Origin: an uncultured Actinomycetes bacterium
GTDB lineage: Bacteria; Actinomycetota; Thermoleophilia; Gaiellales; Gaiellaceae
Length of the DNA stretch: 64,000 bases
NCBI GenBank assembly: GCA_963716605.1
Contig: CAVQTO010000002.1
Coordinates: 418,165 to 482,164, forward strand
Direction of reading: 5' to 3'
The position numbers were made by a program, and so were the translations under genes. Under the pieces are notes generated by a model, which was given only the letters and a program-made list of their open reading frames with translations, had not been told where the DNA came from and made no database searches. Below, in pieces: positions 56,223 through 64,000 of this stretch (position 1 is the stretch's first letter; each line of letters opens with the position of its first letter).

Positions 56223-56817
56223 TCACCGGATCGAGGCGAGAACGCGACGGGCGGACTCGGCGGCGGCCTGCTCGGACGACCGGGCCCGTTCGAGGCGTGG
56301 GTCTCCGGTTCGCATCGCGAGGTTGACTTCGACGAGGTGCGCCGCAGCGCGGGAGCCTCCCGCGGCGAGGGCGGCGGCCGCCGCGGCGTCCGCGCGGTAG
56401 CCCGGCTCGCCGTGCTCCGCGACGATGCGCGGCGAGTGCGGCGACGTCCGCGCCGAGCTCGGCGACCTCGAGCGGGATCGCGGCGGCGCGGTCGAGCGGC
56501 CTGCTCGAGCGCGCCCCTGCTCTGTGCGGGGCCCTCGGGGTCTGCCGCGGCGCGGAGGGCCTCCGACGCGCGTCCCAGGCCTCGGCGTCGACGTGCGCGA
56601 GCGGCGCGGTGCGGTCCTGCAGCGCGAGCGCCTGGGCGACGATCCCCTTGGCGTCGGGGAGCGTGCCGGAGGACGAGCGCGCGACCATCGCGACGAGGCT
56701 CGCCGCGAACGCGACGGTCAAGGCGGCCGCCGAACCGCCGCCGGGAGCCTGCTCGCCCGCAGAGAGCCTCCCGAGGAAGTCGTCGAGCCGCAGTTCCAGG
56801 TAGTTCTCGCTGTCCAG
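56223..56817 (-). pseudogene. cyclodeaminase/cyclohydrolase (FTCD C-terminal domain) family protein, about 3 frameshifts and a CTG at the start position
   Basis: LDSENYLELRLDDFLGRLSAGEQAPGGGSAAALTVAFAASLVAMVARSS...APLAHVDAEAWDA / SEALRAAADPEGPAQSRGALEQAA / AAAIPLEVAELGADVAALAAH / IVAEHGEPGYRADAAAAAALAAGGSRAAAHLVEVNLAMRTGDPRLERA... to a TGA 1 nt before the sigma ATG. The first canonical start (TTG 56721) lies after the conserved PGGGSAAA. Confidence 0.65.
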
Positions 56818-56826
56818 TGCAGGAGC

Positions 56827-56832
56827 AGTCTA
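56827..56832 (-). promoter_or_regulatory. putative -10 box for the cyclodeaminase-sigma-S8-GAF chain
   Basis: TAGACT, 9-nt spacer, CTG 56817. Confidence 0.45.
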
Positions 56833-56860
56833 CGACTGCCCGCTCTGGTTCCAGCCCTCC

Positions 56861-56866
56861 TAGACT
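56861..56866 (+). promoter_or_regulatory. putative -10 box, leaderless ornithine-cyclodeaminase-family gene
   Basis: TAGACT, 8-nt spacer, GTG 56875. Confidence 0.5.
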
Positions 56867-56874
56867 TCGCCGTC

Positions 56875-57807
56875 GTGCCGCTCTACCTGACCGAGGAGGA
56901 GGTCGCGGCGCTGCTCGAGCCGGCGGACGCGGTCGCGGCGATCGAGGAGTGCTTCCGGCGCATGGCGCGCGGAGAGGTCGTGAACGCTCCCCGGCGCCGC
57001 CTGCAGCTCGCGGCCGGGTCGCTCGCGGACATGGCGGCGTCCGATCTCGAGCTCGGCCTCGCCGGAGGGAAGCTGTATGCGGCGACCGGCGACGGCGCCT
57101 TCTTCGTCGTCTGCATCTTCGAGACGGACGGCCCGACGCTTGCCGGCGTGATCGAGGCCGACCACCTCGGCAGGCTGCGAACGGGCGCGGCGAGCGGGGT
57201 CGCGGCGCGCCACCTCGCGCGTCGAGGCGCGAGCACGCTCGGCGTGCATCGGCTGCGGGCACCAGGCGGAGACGCAGGTCGCCTGCATCCGCGCGGCCGT
57301 GCCGTCAACTCGAACGCGTCGTGGCGTACTGCCGGTCGCAGGAGCGGCTGGCCGCGTTCTGCGAGCGCGTGGGCGCCGAGCCGGCCGAGAGCCACCGCGA
57401 GGCCGGGGTGCAGGACGTGGTCGTGACCATCACGAGCTCGCGCGACCCGGTGCTGCGCGGCGAGTGGCTGCAGCCGGGCGCGCTCGTCGTCGCGGCGGGC
57501 GCGAACGTCGCGAGCAGGCGGGAGCTCGACAACGCCGTCCTCGAGCGCGCGTCCTTCGTCTGCTGCGACTCGATCGAGCAGGCGAAGCTCGAGTCGGGCG
57601 ACCTGATCGAGCCGATCGCCGCAGGAGTCCTCGACTGGCTCGAGGTGCACGAGCTGCAGGAGGTCGTCTCGGGCGAGGTCGCCGGGCGTCAGTCGGACGA
57701 GCGACATCGTCGTCTTCAAGTCGAACGGTCTCGCCGCGTGGGACGTCGCGATCGGGGCGGAGGCGCTGCGGCGCGGGCGCGAGCGGGGGGTCGGGACGGA
57801 GGTTTAG
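56875..57807 (+). pseudogene. ornithine cyclodeaminase / mu-crystallin family protein, about 3 frameshifts as assembled
   Basis: VPLYLTEEEVAALLEPADAVAAIEECFRRMARGEVVNAPRRRL...LGRLRTGAASGVAARHLARRGASTLGV / IGCGHQAETQVACIRAAVP / LERVVAYCRSQERLAAFCERVG...VVTITSSRDPVLRGEWLQPGALVVAAGAN / DIVVFKSNGLAAWDVAIGAEALRR. Shifts are near 57245, 57300 and 57700. Confidence 0.72.
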
Positions 57808-58056
57808 CTAGGCCGACGTCTCGACCGAGGCCTTCGCGGCCTCGATCTTCTCGCCCGAGATCGCGCCGACGATCTCCGGCCGGTCGAGCAGTCTTCGCTG
57901 CTGCTCGGGTGAAAGCCGGTTCTGGACGTACTTGTCCTCGAGGATCTCGTCGAGCGTCCGTCCACGCTCGTGCTCGCGGATGACGTACCGCGCCACGTGC
58001 TCCTCGGCCGAGTTTCGCCCGAACAGGAACGAGAACATGTTCTTGAAGCCGGACAC
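57808..58056 (-). CDS. hypothetical 82-aa protein
   Basis: ORF-track entry MSGFKNMFSFLFGRNSAEEHVARYVIREHERGRTLDEILEDKYVQNRLSPEQQRRLLDRPEIVGAISGEKIEAAKASVETSA. GTG 58056 is preceded by TACAAT at leaderless distance. Confidence 0.45.
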   Translation of the reverse strand: MSGFKNMFSFLFGRNSAEEHVARYVIREHERGRTLDEILEDKYVQNRLSPEQQRRLLDRPEIVGAISGEKIEAAKASVETSA

Positions 58057-58064
58057 GAGACGCG

Positions 58065-58070
58065 ATTGTA
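58065..58070 (-). promoter_or_regulatory. putative -10 box, leaderless 82-aa gene
   Basis: TACAAT, 8-nt spacer, GTG 58056. Confidence 0.45.
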
Positions 58071-58080
58071 TCCCCGGTGC

Positions 58081-58422
58081 ATGAAGCGCAGGTCACGCGA
58101 GGGTCGGTTCGCCGAGCGCACCCTCGCCGGCGTCGACGACGCCGGTGCGGAGGAGCGGATCGTGCTCTGGATCGAGCGGCGCGAAGGAGGGGTCTGGGCC
58201 GTGGCGCGCGCGGTCAACCCGCACCTGCGCGAATCGGACGAGACCCGCCCCGAGGACCTCGTCTTCGAGGGCTACGAGCTCGACGATGCGCTTCAGCGCG
58301 CGAACGAGGCGCTCGAGGACGACGTCGTCGTGCTCGAGTCCGACGGCCGGTCCGTGGACGCGAGGCCCTTCACGCGCAAGGAGGTCCTGCCGCTGCTCGA
58401 GCGCTGGTTCTTCAACCGCTGA
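58081..58422 (+). CDS. hypothetical 113-aa protein
   Basis: ATG 58081 within ORF 57970..58422: MKRRSREGRFAERTLAGVDDAGAEERIVLWIERREGGVWAVARAVNPHLRESDETRPEDLVFEGYELDDALQRANEALEDDVVVLESDGRSVDARPFTRKEVLPLLERWFFNR. Confidence 0.45.
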   Translation: MKRRSREGRFAERTLAGVDDAGAEERIVLWIERREGGVWAVARAVNPHLRESDETRPEDLVFEGYELDDALQRANEALEDDVVVLESDGRSVDARPFTRKEVLPLLERWFFNR

Positions 58423-58472
58423 AGCCTCGTCGGCCGAGGCGGTTGTCGGGTCGCGGATCGCGGGTGCGCTGT

Positions 58473-58478
58473 TAGCGT
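58473..58478 (+). promoter_or_regulatory. putative -10 box upstream of the MqnA/MqnD-family gene
   Basis: TAGCGT, 10-nt spacer, GTG 58489. Confidence 0.35.
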
Positions 58479-58488
58479 CCCCCGCTTC

Positions 58489-59317
58489 GTGCAGATCCGC
58501 GTCGGACACAGTCCCGATCCCGATGACGCGTTCATGTTCTGGGCGCTGACGACCGACCTCGTCGACACCCGCGGCCACCTGTTCGAGCCCGTCCACGCGG
58601 ACATCCAGACCCTGAACCAGTGGGCGCGCGCGGGCCGGCTCGAGGTGACGGCGATCTCGCTCGCCGCGTACCCGTTCGTGCAGGAGGACTACGCGTTGCT
58701 CCCGCACGGCGCGAGCATCGGCACCGGGTACGGGCCGATCGTCGTCGCGCGGCGGCCGATGTCGCGCGAGGAGCTGTACGAGGTCGAGATCGTCGTGCCC
58801 GGGGCACTGACCACGTCGTTCCTCGCACTCCGGCTCTTCCTCAGCGACTTCCCGTACCGGGTGCTGCCGTTCGAGGACATTCCGGAGGAGGTCGCGTCGG
58901 GACGGGCCGAGGTGGGCCTGCTGATCCACGAGGGCCAGCTCACGTTCGAGGACCACGGCCTCGTGAAGGTGCTCGACCTCGGCGAGTGGTGGTTGCTCGA
59001 GACGGGGCTCCCGCTCCCGCTCGGGGTGAACGTCGCGCGCCGCGACCTCGGCGACGACGTGCTCTGCGACGTCTCGAAGGTGCTGCGCGAAGCGATCCAG
59101 TGCGGGCTCGACAACCGCGCCGAGGCGCTCGAGTACGCGCTCCAGTTCGGGCGCGGGCATCGACGCCGCGATCGCCGACCGCTTCGTCTCGATGTACGTG
59201 AACGAGCTGACGCAGGACTACGGCGACGAGGGGCGGAAGGCCGTCACCGAGCTCCTGCGCCGGGGCGAGGTGCTCGGCGCGTTCCCCGCGCCCGTCCACG
59301 TGGACTTCGTCGGATAA
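58489..59317 (+). pseudogene. MqnA/MqnD (futalosine-pathway, periplasmic-binding-protein-like) family protein, one frameshift as assembled
   Basis: [20 protein letters not shown]...[25 protein letters not shown]...[11 protein letters not shown], then [52 protein letters not shown] to TAA 59315-59317. The shift is near 59160. Confidence 0.65.
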
Positions 59318-59331
59318 CGTCGGACTCGCTG

Positions 59332-60498
59332 ATGCGGGCCGTCGTTCTCTCCGGTGTGCGCACGCCGATCGGCCGCTACGGCGGCGCGCTCTCGGGCGTG
59401 CGGCCGGACGACCTGGCCGCGGTCGCGATCGAAGCGGCGGTCTCGCGGGCCGGGGTCGAGCCAGGGTCGATCGACGACGTGTACCTCGGCTGTGCGAACC
59501 AGGCGGGCGAGGACAACCGGAACGTCGCGCGCATGGCGCTCCTGCTCGCGGGGCTTCCCGAGTCGGTTGCGGGGATCACCGTCAATCGCCTGTGCGCGTC
59601 GGGGCTGTCGGCGGTTGCCTCGGCTGCCCACGCGATCATGGTCGGCGACGCCGACGTGGTCGTCGCGGGCGGCGTCGAGTCGATGTCGCGCGCGCCGCTG
59701 GTCATGGCGAAGCCGGACAAGGCGTTCCCCCGCGGCGACCGCACGATCTGGGACACGACGCTGGGCTGGCGCTTCCCCAACCCGCGGCACGAGGCGATGT
59801 TCCCGCTCGAGTCGATGGGCGAGACGGGCGAGAACGTCGCGGAGCGGTGGGGCGTCTCGCGGGAGGAGCAGGACGCGTTCTCGCTGCGCTCGCAGCAACG
59901 CTGGGCTGCCGCGCAGGAAGCGGGGCGCTTCGAGGACGAGCTCGTCGCGGTCGGCGACGTCGCCGTCGACGAGCACCCGCGGCCGGAGACGAGCGCGGAG
60001 GCGCTCGCCGGCCTCAGGGCGGTGTTCCGCGAGGGCGGGACCGTGACGGCGGGCAACGCGGCGGGGATCAACGACGGCGCGGCGGCGCTGGTCTTGGCCA
60101 GCGAGGAGAAGGCTCGGGAGCTGGGCGTCGATCCGCTCGGCGCGTTCGTCGCGTCGGCGGTCGCGGGAGTCGATCCGCGGGTGATGGGCATCGGGCCGGT
60201 GCCGGCGGTGCAGAAGCTGCTCGAGCGCGCGGGGATCTCGGTCGCTGAGCTCGATCTCGTGGAGCTGAACGAGGCCTTCGCCTCGCAGAGCCTCGCGGTC
60301 GTCCGCGAGCTCGGCCTGGACGAGGAGCGCGTCAACGTGAACGGCGGCGCGATCGCGCTGGGCCACCCGCTCGGGATGAGCGGCGCGCGGTTGGTGGTCT
60401 CGCTGCTGCACGAGCTCCGCCGTCGCGACGGCCGCTACGGACTGGCCACGATGTGCGTCGGCGTCGGCCAGGGCGCGGCCGCGCTCTTCGAGCGCTAG
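59332..60498 (+). CDS. acetyl-CoA C-acetyltransferase (thiolase)
   Basis: 388 residues from ATG 59332 in ORF 58489..60498. Active-site [39 protein letters not shown]. Confidence 0.92.
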   Translation: MRAVVLSGVRTPIGRYGGALSGVRPDDLAAVAIEAAVSRAGVEPGSIDDVYLGCANQAGEDNRNVARMALLLAGLPESVAGITVNRLCASGLSAVASAAHAIMVGDADVVVAGGVESMSRAPLVMAKPDKAFPRGDRTIWDTTLGWRFPNPRHEAMFPLESMGETGENVAERWGVSREEQDAFSLRSQQRWAAAQEAGRFEDELVAVGDVAVDEHPRPETSAEALAGLRAVFREGGTVTAGNAAGINDGAAALVLASEEKARELGVDPLGAFVASAVAGVDPRVMGIGPVPAVQKLLERAGISVAELDLVELNEAFASQSLAVVRELGLDEERVNVNGGAIALGHPLGMSGARLVVSLLHELRRRDGRYGLATMCVGVGQGAAALFER

Positions 60499-61269
60499 CG
60501 CGATTCGAGCAGGAAGTCGAGCAAGAGAGGGTTGACGACCTCCGGGCTGCGGATGTCGGGCCGGTGCCCGCCGCCGGGGATCACCTCGAGCCGAGCGTTG
60601 GGCATCGCGGCGACGATGCTCTCCGCGAGCGCCACCGGGACCGGTGCATCTGCCTCGCCGTGGACGACGAGCGTCGGGCAGTTGACACCGCCGAGGAGAC
60701 GCGCCGGGACGCGTCCAGTCGAGCTCGGCTTCCTGGGTCGCGATCACCGCAGGCGACGCCTCGAGGCCGATCGCGACCATCTCGGCGATGAGATCGTCGG
60801 AGTCGGGCTCGTTGAAGACCGCGTGCATGAAGGGCACGATGAATCCGGGCCAGTCGGCCCGCCAGGCGTCGAGGCGTGCTGGGTCCGGCCGCGCTGGATC
60901 GGGAGCGAGGTTCATGTACGGGGCGATGACGGCGATGCGGTCGAAGCGCTGAGCGTCGTCGGCAGCGAGGAGCACGACCGCGTTCAGTCCCCGGGATGCG
61001 GTGACGAGCGATGCGCGCTCGATTCCGACTGCGTCGAGGACCGCGAGTGCGTCCGCGGCGTGGAGCGGAAAGTCGTAGCCGCGTTCCGGCCGGTCGCTGT
61101 CGCCCGCTCCGCGCGGGTCGTACGTGAGAACGGTCGCGCGCGACTCGAGTGCGGCGACCTGATGCCCGACGACGCGCGCGTCGACGAGGTTCCACGTCGG
61201 CACGAACAGAATCGCGCGCCCACCCCCGCCGTAGAGGTACCAGGCGATACGCGTCCCGTCTGCGCTCAC
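60495..61269 (-). pseudogene. alpha/beta-fold hydrolase, one frameshift as assembled
   Basis: VSADGTRIAWYLYGGGGRAILFVPTWNL...LVTASRGLNAVVLLAA... (frame of 59218..61446), then [71 protein letters not shown] to the stop at 60495. The shift is near 60720. Confidence 0.68.
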
Positions 61270-61337
61270 CGCGGTTCCGCGCTCTCGACAGCGGGGAGCG
61301 GCGATCACGCGCGGAAGATACAACGCTGGTGGCGGGG

Positions 61338-62255
61338 CTACGCGTGCTCGGGAGCGAGTTCGCGGTCTTCGCGCTTCGCGCGCTCGAGCAGCGGCAGCCC
61401 GTCGCGGCGGAGCCTCCGGATCACGATCGTGAGCGCGGCGATCCATGCGGTTCCGAGCACCGCGTAGACGACGTTGCGCACCTCACCGGAGACGCCGTAC
61501 GTGTCGAACAGCGTCCGGGTGTTCGTGATCAGGATCAGGCCGCCGACCGAGGCTCCGAGCAGCGCCGGCGTCACGTGCCGGACGAGCCAGGCCGCGAGCG
61601 GCGCTGCGACGACGCCGCCGATGAGGAGGGCCGCGACGTACTTGAACGCGATCCCCTGGCTGCCGAGCGAGAGCAGGAAGCCGATGCTCGCGGCGAGCGC
61701 TACGAGGAACTCGCTCGTGTCGACCGAGCCGATGACCTTCCGCGGCTCGTACTTGCCCGTCGCGAGGATCGTCGGCGTCGCGACCGGGCCCCAGCCGCCG
61801 CCGCCCGTCGCGTCGACGAAGCCGGCGCCGAGGCCGAGCGGGGCGAGATAGCGGCCGCGGATGTAGCGGCGCCCACGCGGCTTGGCAGGCCCGAAGAGCG
61901 TGAAGCGAATGAGGATGTACGTCCCGATCGCGAGCAGGATCCCGGCCATCCACGGCCTCGCGATCTCCGCCGAGATCGAGCTCAGGACGACGGCGCCGAC
62001 GAACGCGCCGACCGCGCCCGGGATCCCGATCCGGCGCACCGTCCGCCAGTCGACGTTCCCGAAGCGCCAGTGGCTGTAGCCCGAGACGGCGGTCGTGCCG
62101 AGCTCGGCGAGGTGGACGGATGCCGAGGCCGTTGCCGGATTGAGGCCATACGCGAGCAGGAGCGTGGACGACGTGGCTCCGTACGCCATGCCCAGGGCGC
62201 CGTCGACGAGCTGCGCGAAGAACCCGATGACGATCAGGACGATCAGCGCCGGCAT
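61338..62255 (-). CDS. TauE/SafE (DUF81) family sulfite/anion exporter
   Basis: Intact 305-aa multi-TM ORF: GFFAQLVDGALGMAYGATSSTLLL...GAGFVDATGGGGWGPV. Confidence 0.82.
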   Translation of the reverse strand: MPALIVLIVIGFFAQLVDGALGMAYGATSSTLLLAYGLNPATASASVHLAELGTTAVSGYSHWRFGNVDWRTVRRIGIPGAVGAFVGAVVLSSISAEIARPWMAGILLAIGTYILIRFTLFGPAKPRGRRYIRGRYLAPLGLGAGFVDATGGGGWGPVATPTILATGKYEPRKVIGSVDTSEFLVALAASIGFLLSLGSQGIAFKYVAALLIGGVVAAPLAAWLVRHVTPALLGASVGGLILITNTRTLFDTYGVSGEVRNVVYAVLGTAWIAALTIVIRRLRRDGLPLLERAKREDRELAPEHA

Positions 62256-62280
62256 CCGATCCTCGCTTGATAATCTCGAC

Positions 62281-62310
62281 AGGTTTTGTAGACATAGTTG
62301 AGGTTGTAAC
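62281..62310 (+). promoter_or_regulatory. two direct copies of a variant of the recurrent motif in the tauE/rrf2 divergent region
   Basis: AGGTTTTGTAGACA at 62281-62294 and AGGTTGTAAC at 62301-62310, compared with GACTTTGTGACA elsewhere. Same tandem layout as upstream of groES. Confidence 0.4.
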
Positions 62311-62363
62311 GCTAGACAGATTCGCCAGTGCCGTCAAACGGAACCGTCGCCGAGGAGGCGACG

Positions 62364-62947
62364 ATGTGGGTATCCCGAAGGACCGACTACGCGACGCGGG
62401 CGATCCTCGCCCTCGCGCTCGACGGCGGCGGGCCGCTCAAGCTCGAGGCGCTCGCGCGCCGTACGGCCGTGCCCGCAGTCCGTGCTCGAGCAGGTCATGC
62501 CGACGATGCGGACCGCGGGCATCGTGCGCTCGGAGCGCGGGCCCGTCGGGCGGCTACCGGCTCAACAAGGCGCCGGAGGAGATCACGCTCGAGCGCGTCG
62601 TCCGGCTCTTCCAGGGGCCGCTCGCGCCGATCAGCTGCGCGACGCGGCACAATCCCGAGCCGTGCCCGATGATGATCGGCTGCACGCTCCGCGGCGTGTG
62701 GGAGGAGGTGCGTGACGCGACGATCTCGCTGCTCGGCGGCGTCACGTTCGCGGATCTCGCGGCGCGCGCCGGCGGCCCGTGGATCGATCCGTCGCTGCTC
62801 GCGCCGGACCGAACCCGGACACCGCGCGAGCTGCCTGACCGCGGGCGAGGTATCGTCCCGGCGATGGCGGTCGCGACCGACGCGAGTACCTGCTCTTCAT
62901 CGGCGGCGAGGCGGCGGAGCCGGCCTCGGGCGAGATCCGCGATCTGA
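62364..62947 (+). pseudogene. Rrf2-family transcriptional regulator, two frameshifts as assembled; true 3' end uncertain
   Basis: GAGGAGG then ATG 62364. MWVSRRTDYATRAILALALDGGGPLKLEALARRTAVP / SVLEQVMPTMRTAGIVRSERGPVG / GYRLNKAPEEITLERVVRLFQGPLAPISCATRHNPEPCPMMIGCTLRGVWEEVRDATISLLGGVTFADLA, with three Cys (CxxxxxxC-x5-C) typical of cluster-binding Rrf2 proteins. Shifts are near 62475 and 62550. The assembled frame runs into the next gene. Confidence 0.7.
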
Positions 62948-64000
62948 CGGAGCCCGCGACCGGCGAGCCGCTCGCCCGCGCGGCGATGGCCGGAGAGGCC
63001 GACGTCGACCGCGCGGTCGAGGCTGCCCGCGCGCGCGCTCGCCGGAGACTGGGGCAAGACCCCCGGCACCGAGCGCGCGCGGCTCCTCCACGCGCTCGCC
63101 GACGCGATCGTCGCGAACCGCGCCGAGCTCGCCGAGCTCGAGTCGCGGAACGTCGGCAAGGCGATCTCCTCGGTCAAGGCCGAGCTCCACCAGGCGGTCG
63201 AGAACTTCCGCTACTACGCCTCCGCGATCGCGACCATCGGCGGCCGCGCGAACCCGATCGGCGGCTCGCTCCTCTTCTACTCGCTGAAGGAGCCGGTCGG
63301 CGTCGCCGGGCAGATCGTCCCCTGGAACTACCCGCTGATGATGGCGACCTGGAAGCTCGCGCCGGCGCTCGCGGCGGGCTGCTCGGTCGTCCTCAAGCCC
63401 GACCCGCAGACGCCGCTGACCGCGATCCGCCTCGCCGAGCTCGCGACCGAGGTCGGCTTCCCCGCGGGCTCGCTCAACGTCGTCCCCGGCGACGGGCCGA
63501 CGACCGGGGCGTACCTCGTCCGGCATCCGGGCGTCGACAAGGTCGCGTTCACGGGCTCGACGAAGACCGGCGGCGAGATCATGCGGCTCGCCTCGGAGCC
63601 GGTGAAGCGGGTCACGCTCGAGCTCGGCGGCAAGAGCCCGAACCTCGTCTTCGCAGACGCGGATCTCGCGAGCGCCGTGCCGAGCTCCGCGTGGGCGATC
63701 TACTACGCGGCGGGCCAGAGCTGCGAGGCGCGCTCGCGGCTGCTCGTCGAGAGCTCGATCTACGACGACGTCGTCTCGCAGATGAGCGACTTCGCGGGCC
63801 AGGTCAAGGTCGGCGACCCGCTCGACCCGGAGACGCAGATGGGCTCGCTCATCTCCACGGGGCATCGCGACCGCGTGCACGGGTACGTCGAGCGCGGCGC
63901 CGGCGAGGGCGCGGAGGTCGTCGCGGGCGGCTCGGTGCCGGACGGCGCCGGCGCGTTCTACCCGCCGACGGTCGTCGCGGCGACGAACGACCTCGAGATC
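62864..64000 (+). pseudogene. NAD(P)-dependent aldehyde dehydrogenase, 5' two-thirds (runs off window end), two 5'-proximal frameshifts as assembled
   Basis: Not a single track ORF. MAVATD / REYLLFIGGEAAEPASGEIRDLTEPATGEPLARAAMAGEADVDRAVEAARA / ALAGDWGKTPGTERARLLHALADAIVANRAELAELESRNVGKAI...VGVAGQIVPWNYPLMMATWKLAPALAAGCSVVLKPDP...FTGSTKTGGEIM...ELGGKSPNLVF...GQSCEA. Shifts are near 62885 and 63035. Confidence 0.85.

Overview
High-GC (~70%) chromosomal segment of actinobacterial type. The taxon is an inference from gene content and many leaderless TAnnnT promoters; possibly Thermoleophilia/Rubrobacteria-like. Most of the window is core metabolism: a complete 14-gene complex I operon nuoA-N (14064-28124, minus strand), a 2-oxoacid dehydrogenase E1alpha/E1beta/E2 cluster with lipB and lipA, groES-groEL behind a CIRCE operator, Fe-S carriers (mrp, erpA), ftsH, ychF, fumC, a thiolase, soxR, an Rrf2 regulator and an aldehyde dehydrogenase. 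The accessory stretch is 48.7-58.5 kb. It holds a tRNA-Arg whose 3' half is duplicated 1.2 kb downstream around a decayed integrative remnant, small secreted and membrane proteins, and an MFS-cNMP fusion. It also holds the most unusual locus: a strong-SD mini-gene encoding three tandem acidic 12-residue cores with conserved linkers. That mini-gene is convergent on a tightly coupled chain of cyclodeaminase-like protein, ECF sigma, an 85-aa protein, a cytoplasmic S8 subtilase and a GAF protein. Three caveats apply across the window. Roughly 45-50 reading-frame breaks affect about 27 otherwise conserved genes, most likely consensus indel errors, alternatively decay. nuoL carries an in-frame TAG. 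Three conserved genes have only CTG at the expected start. Recurrent regulatory signals are TAnnnT -10 boxes 6-10 nt upstream of start codons and a GACTTTGTGACA-like motif in three divergent intergenic regions. Coordinates counted by hand may be off by 1 nt. Start codons proposed inside a tracked ORF were checked to be in frame with the supplied ORF track; the ends of reconstructed frameshifted genes could be checked only where they coincide with a track ORF boundary.
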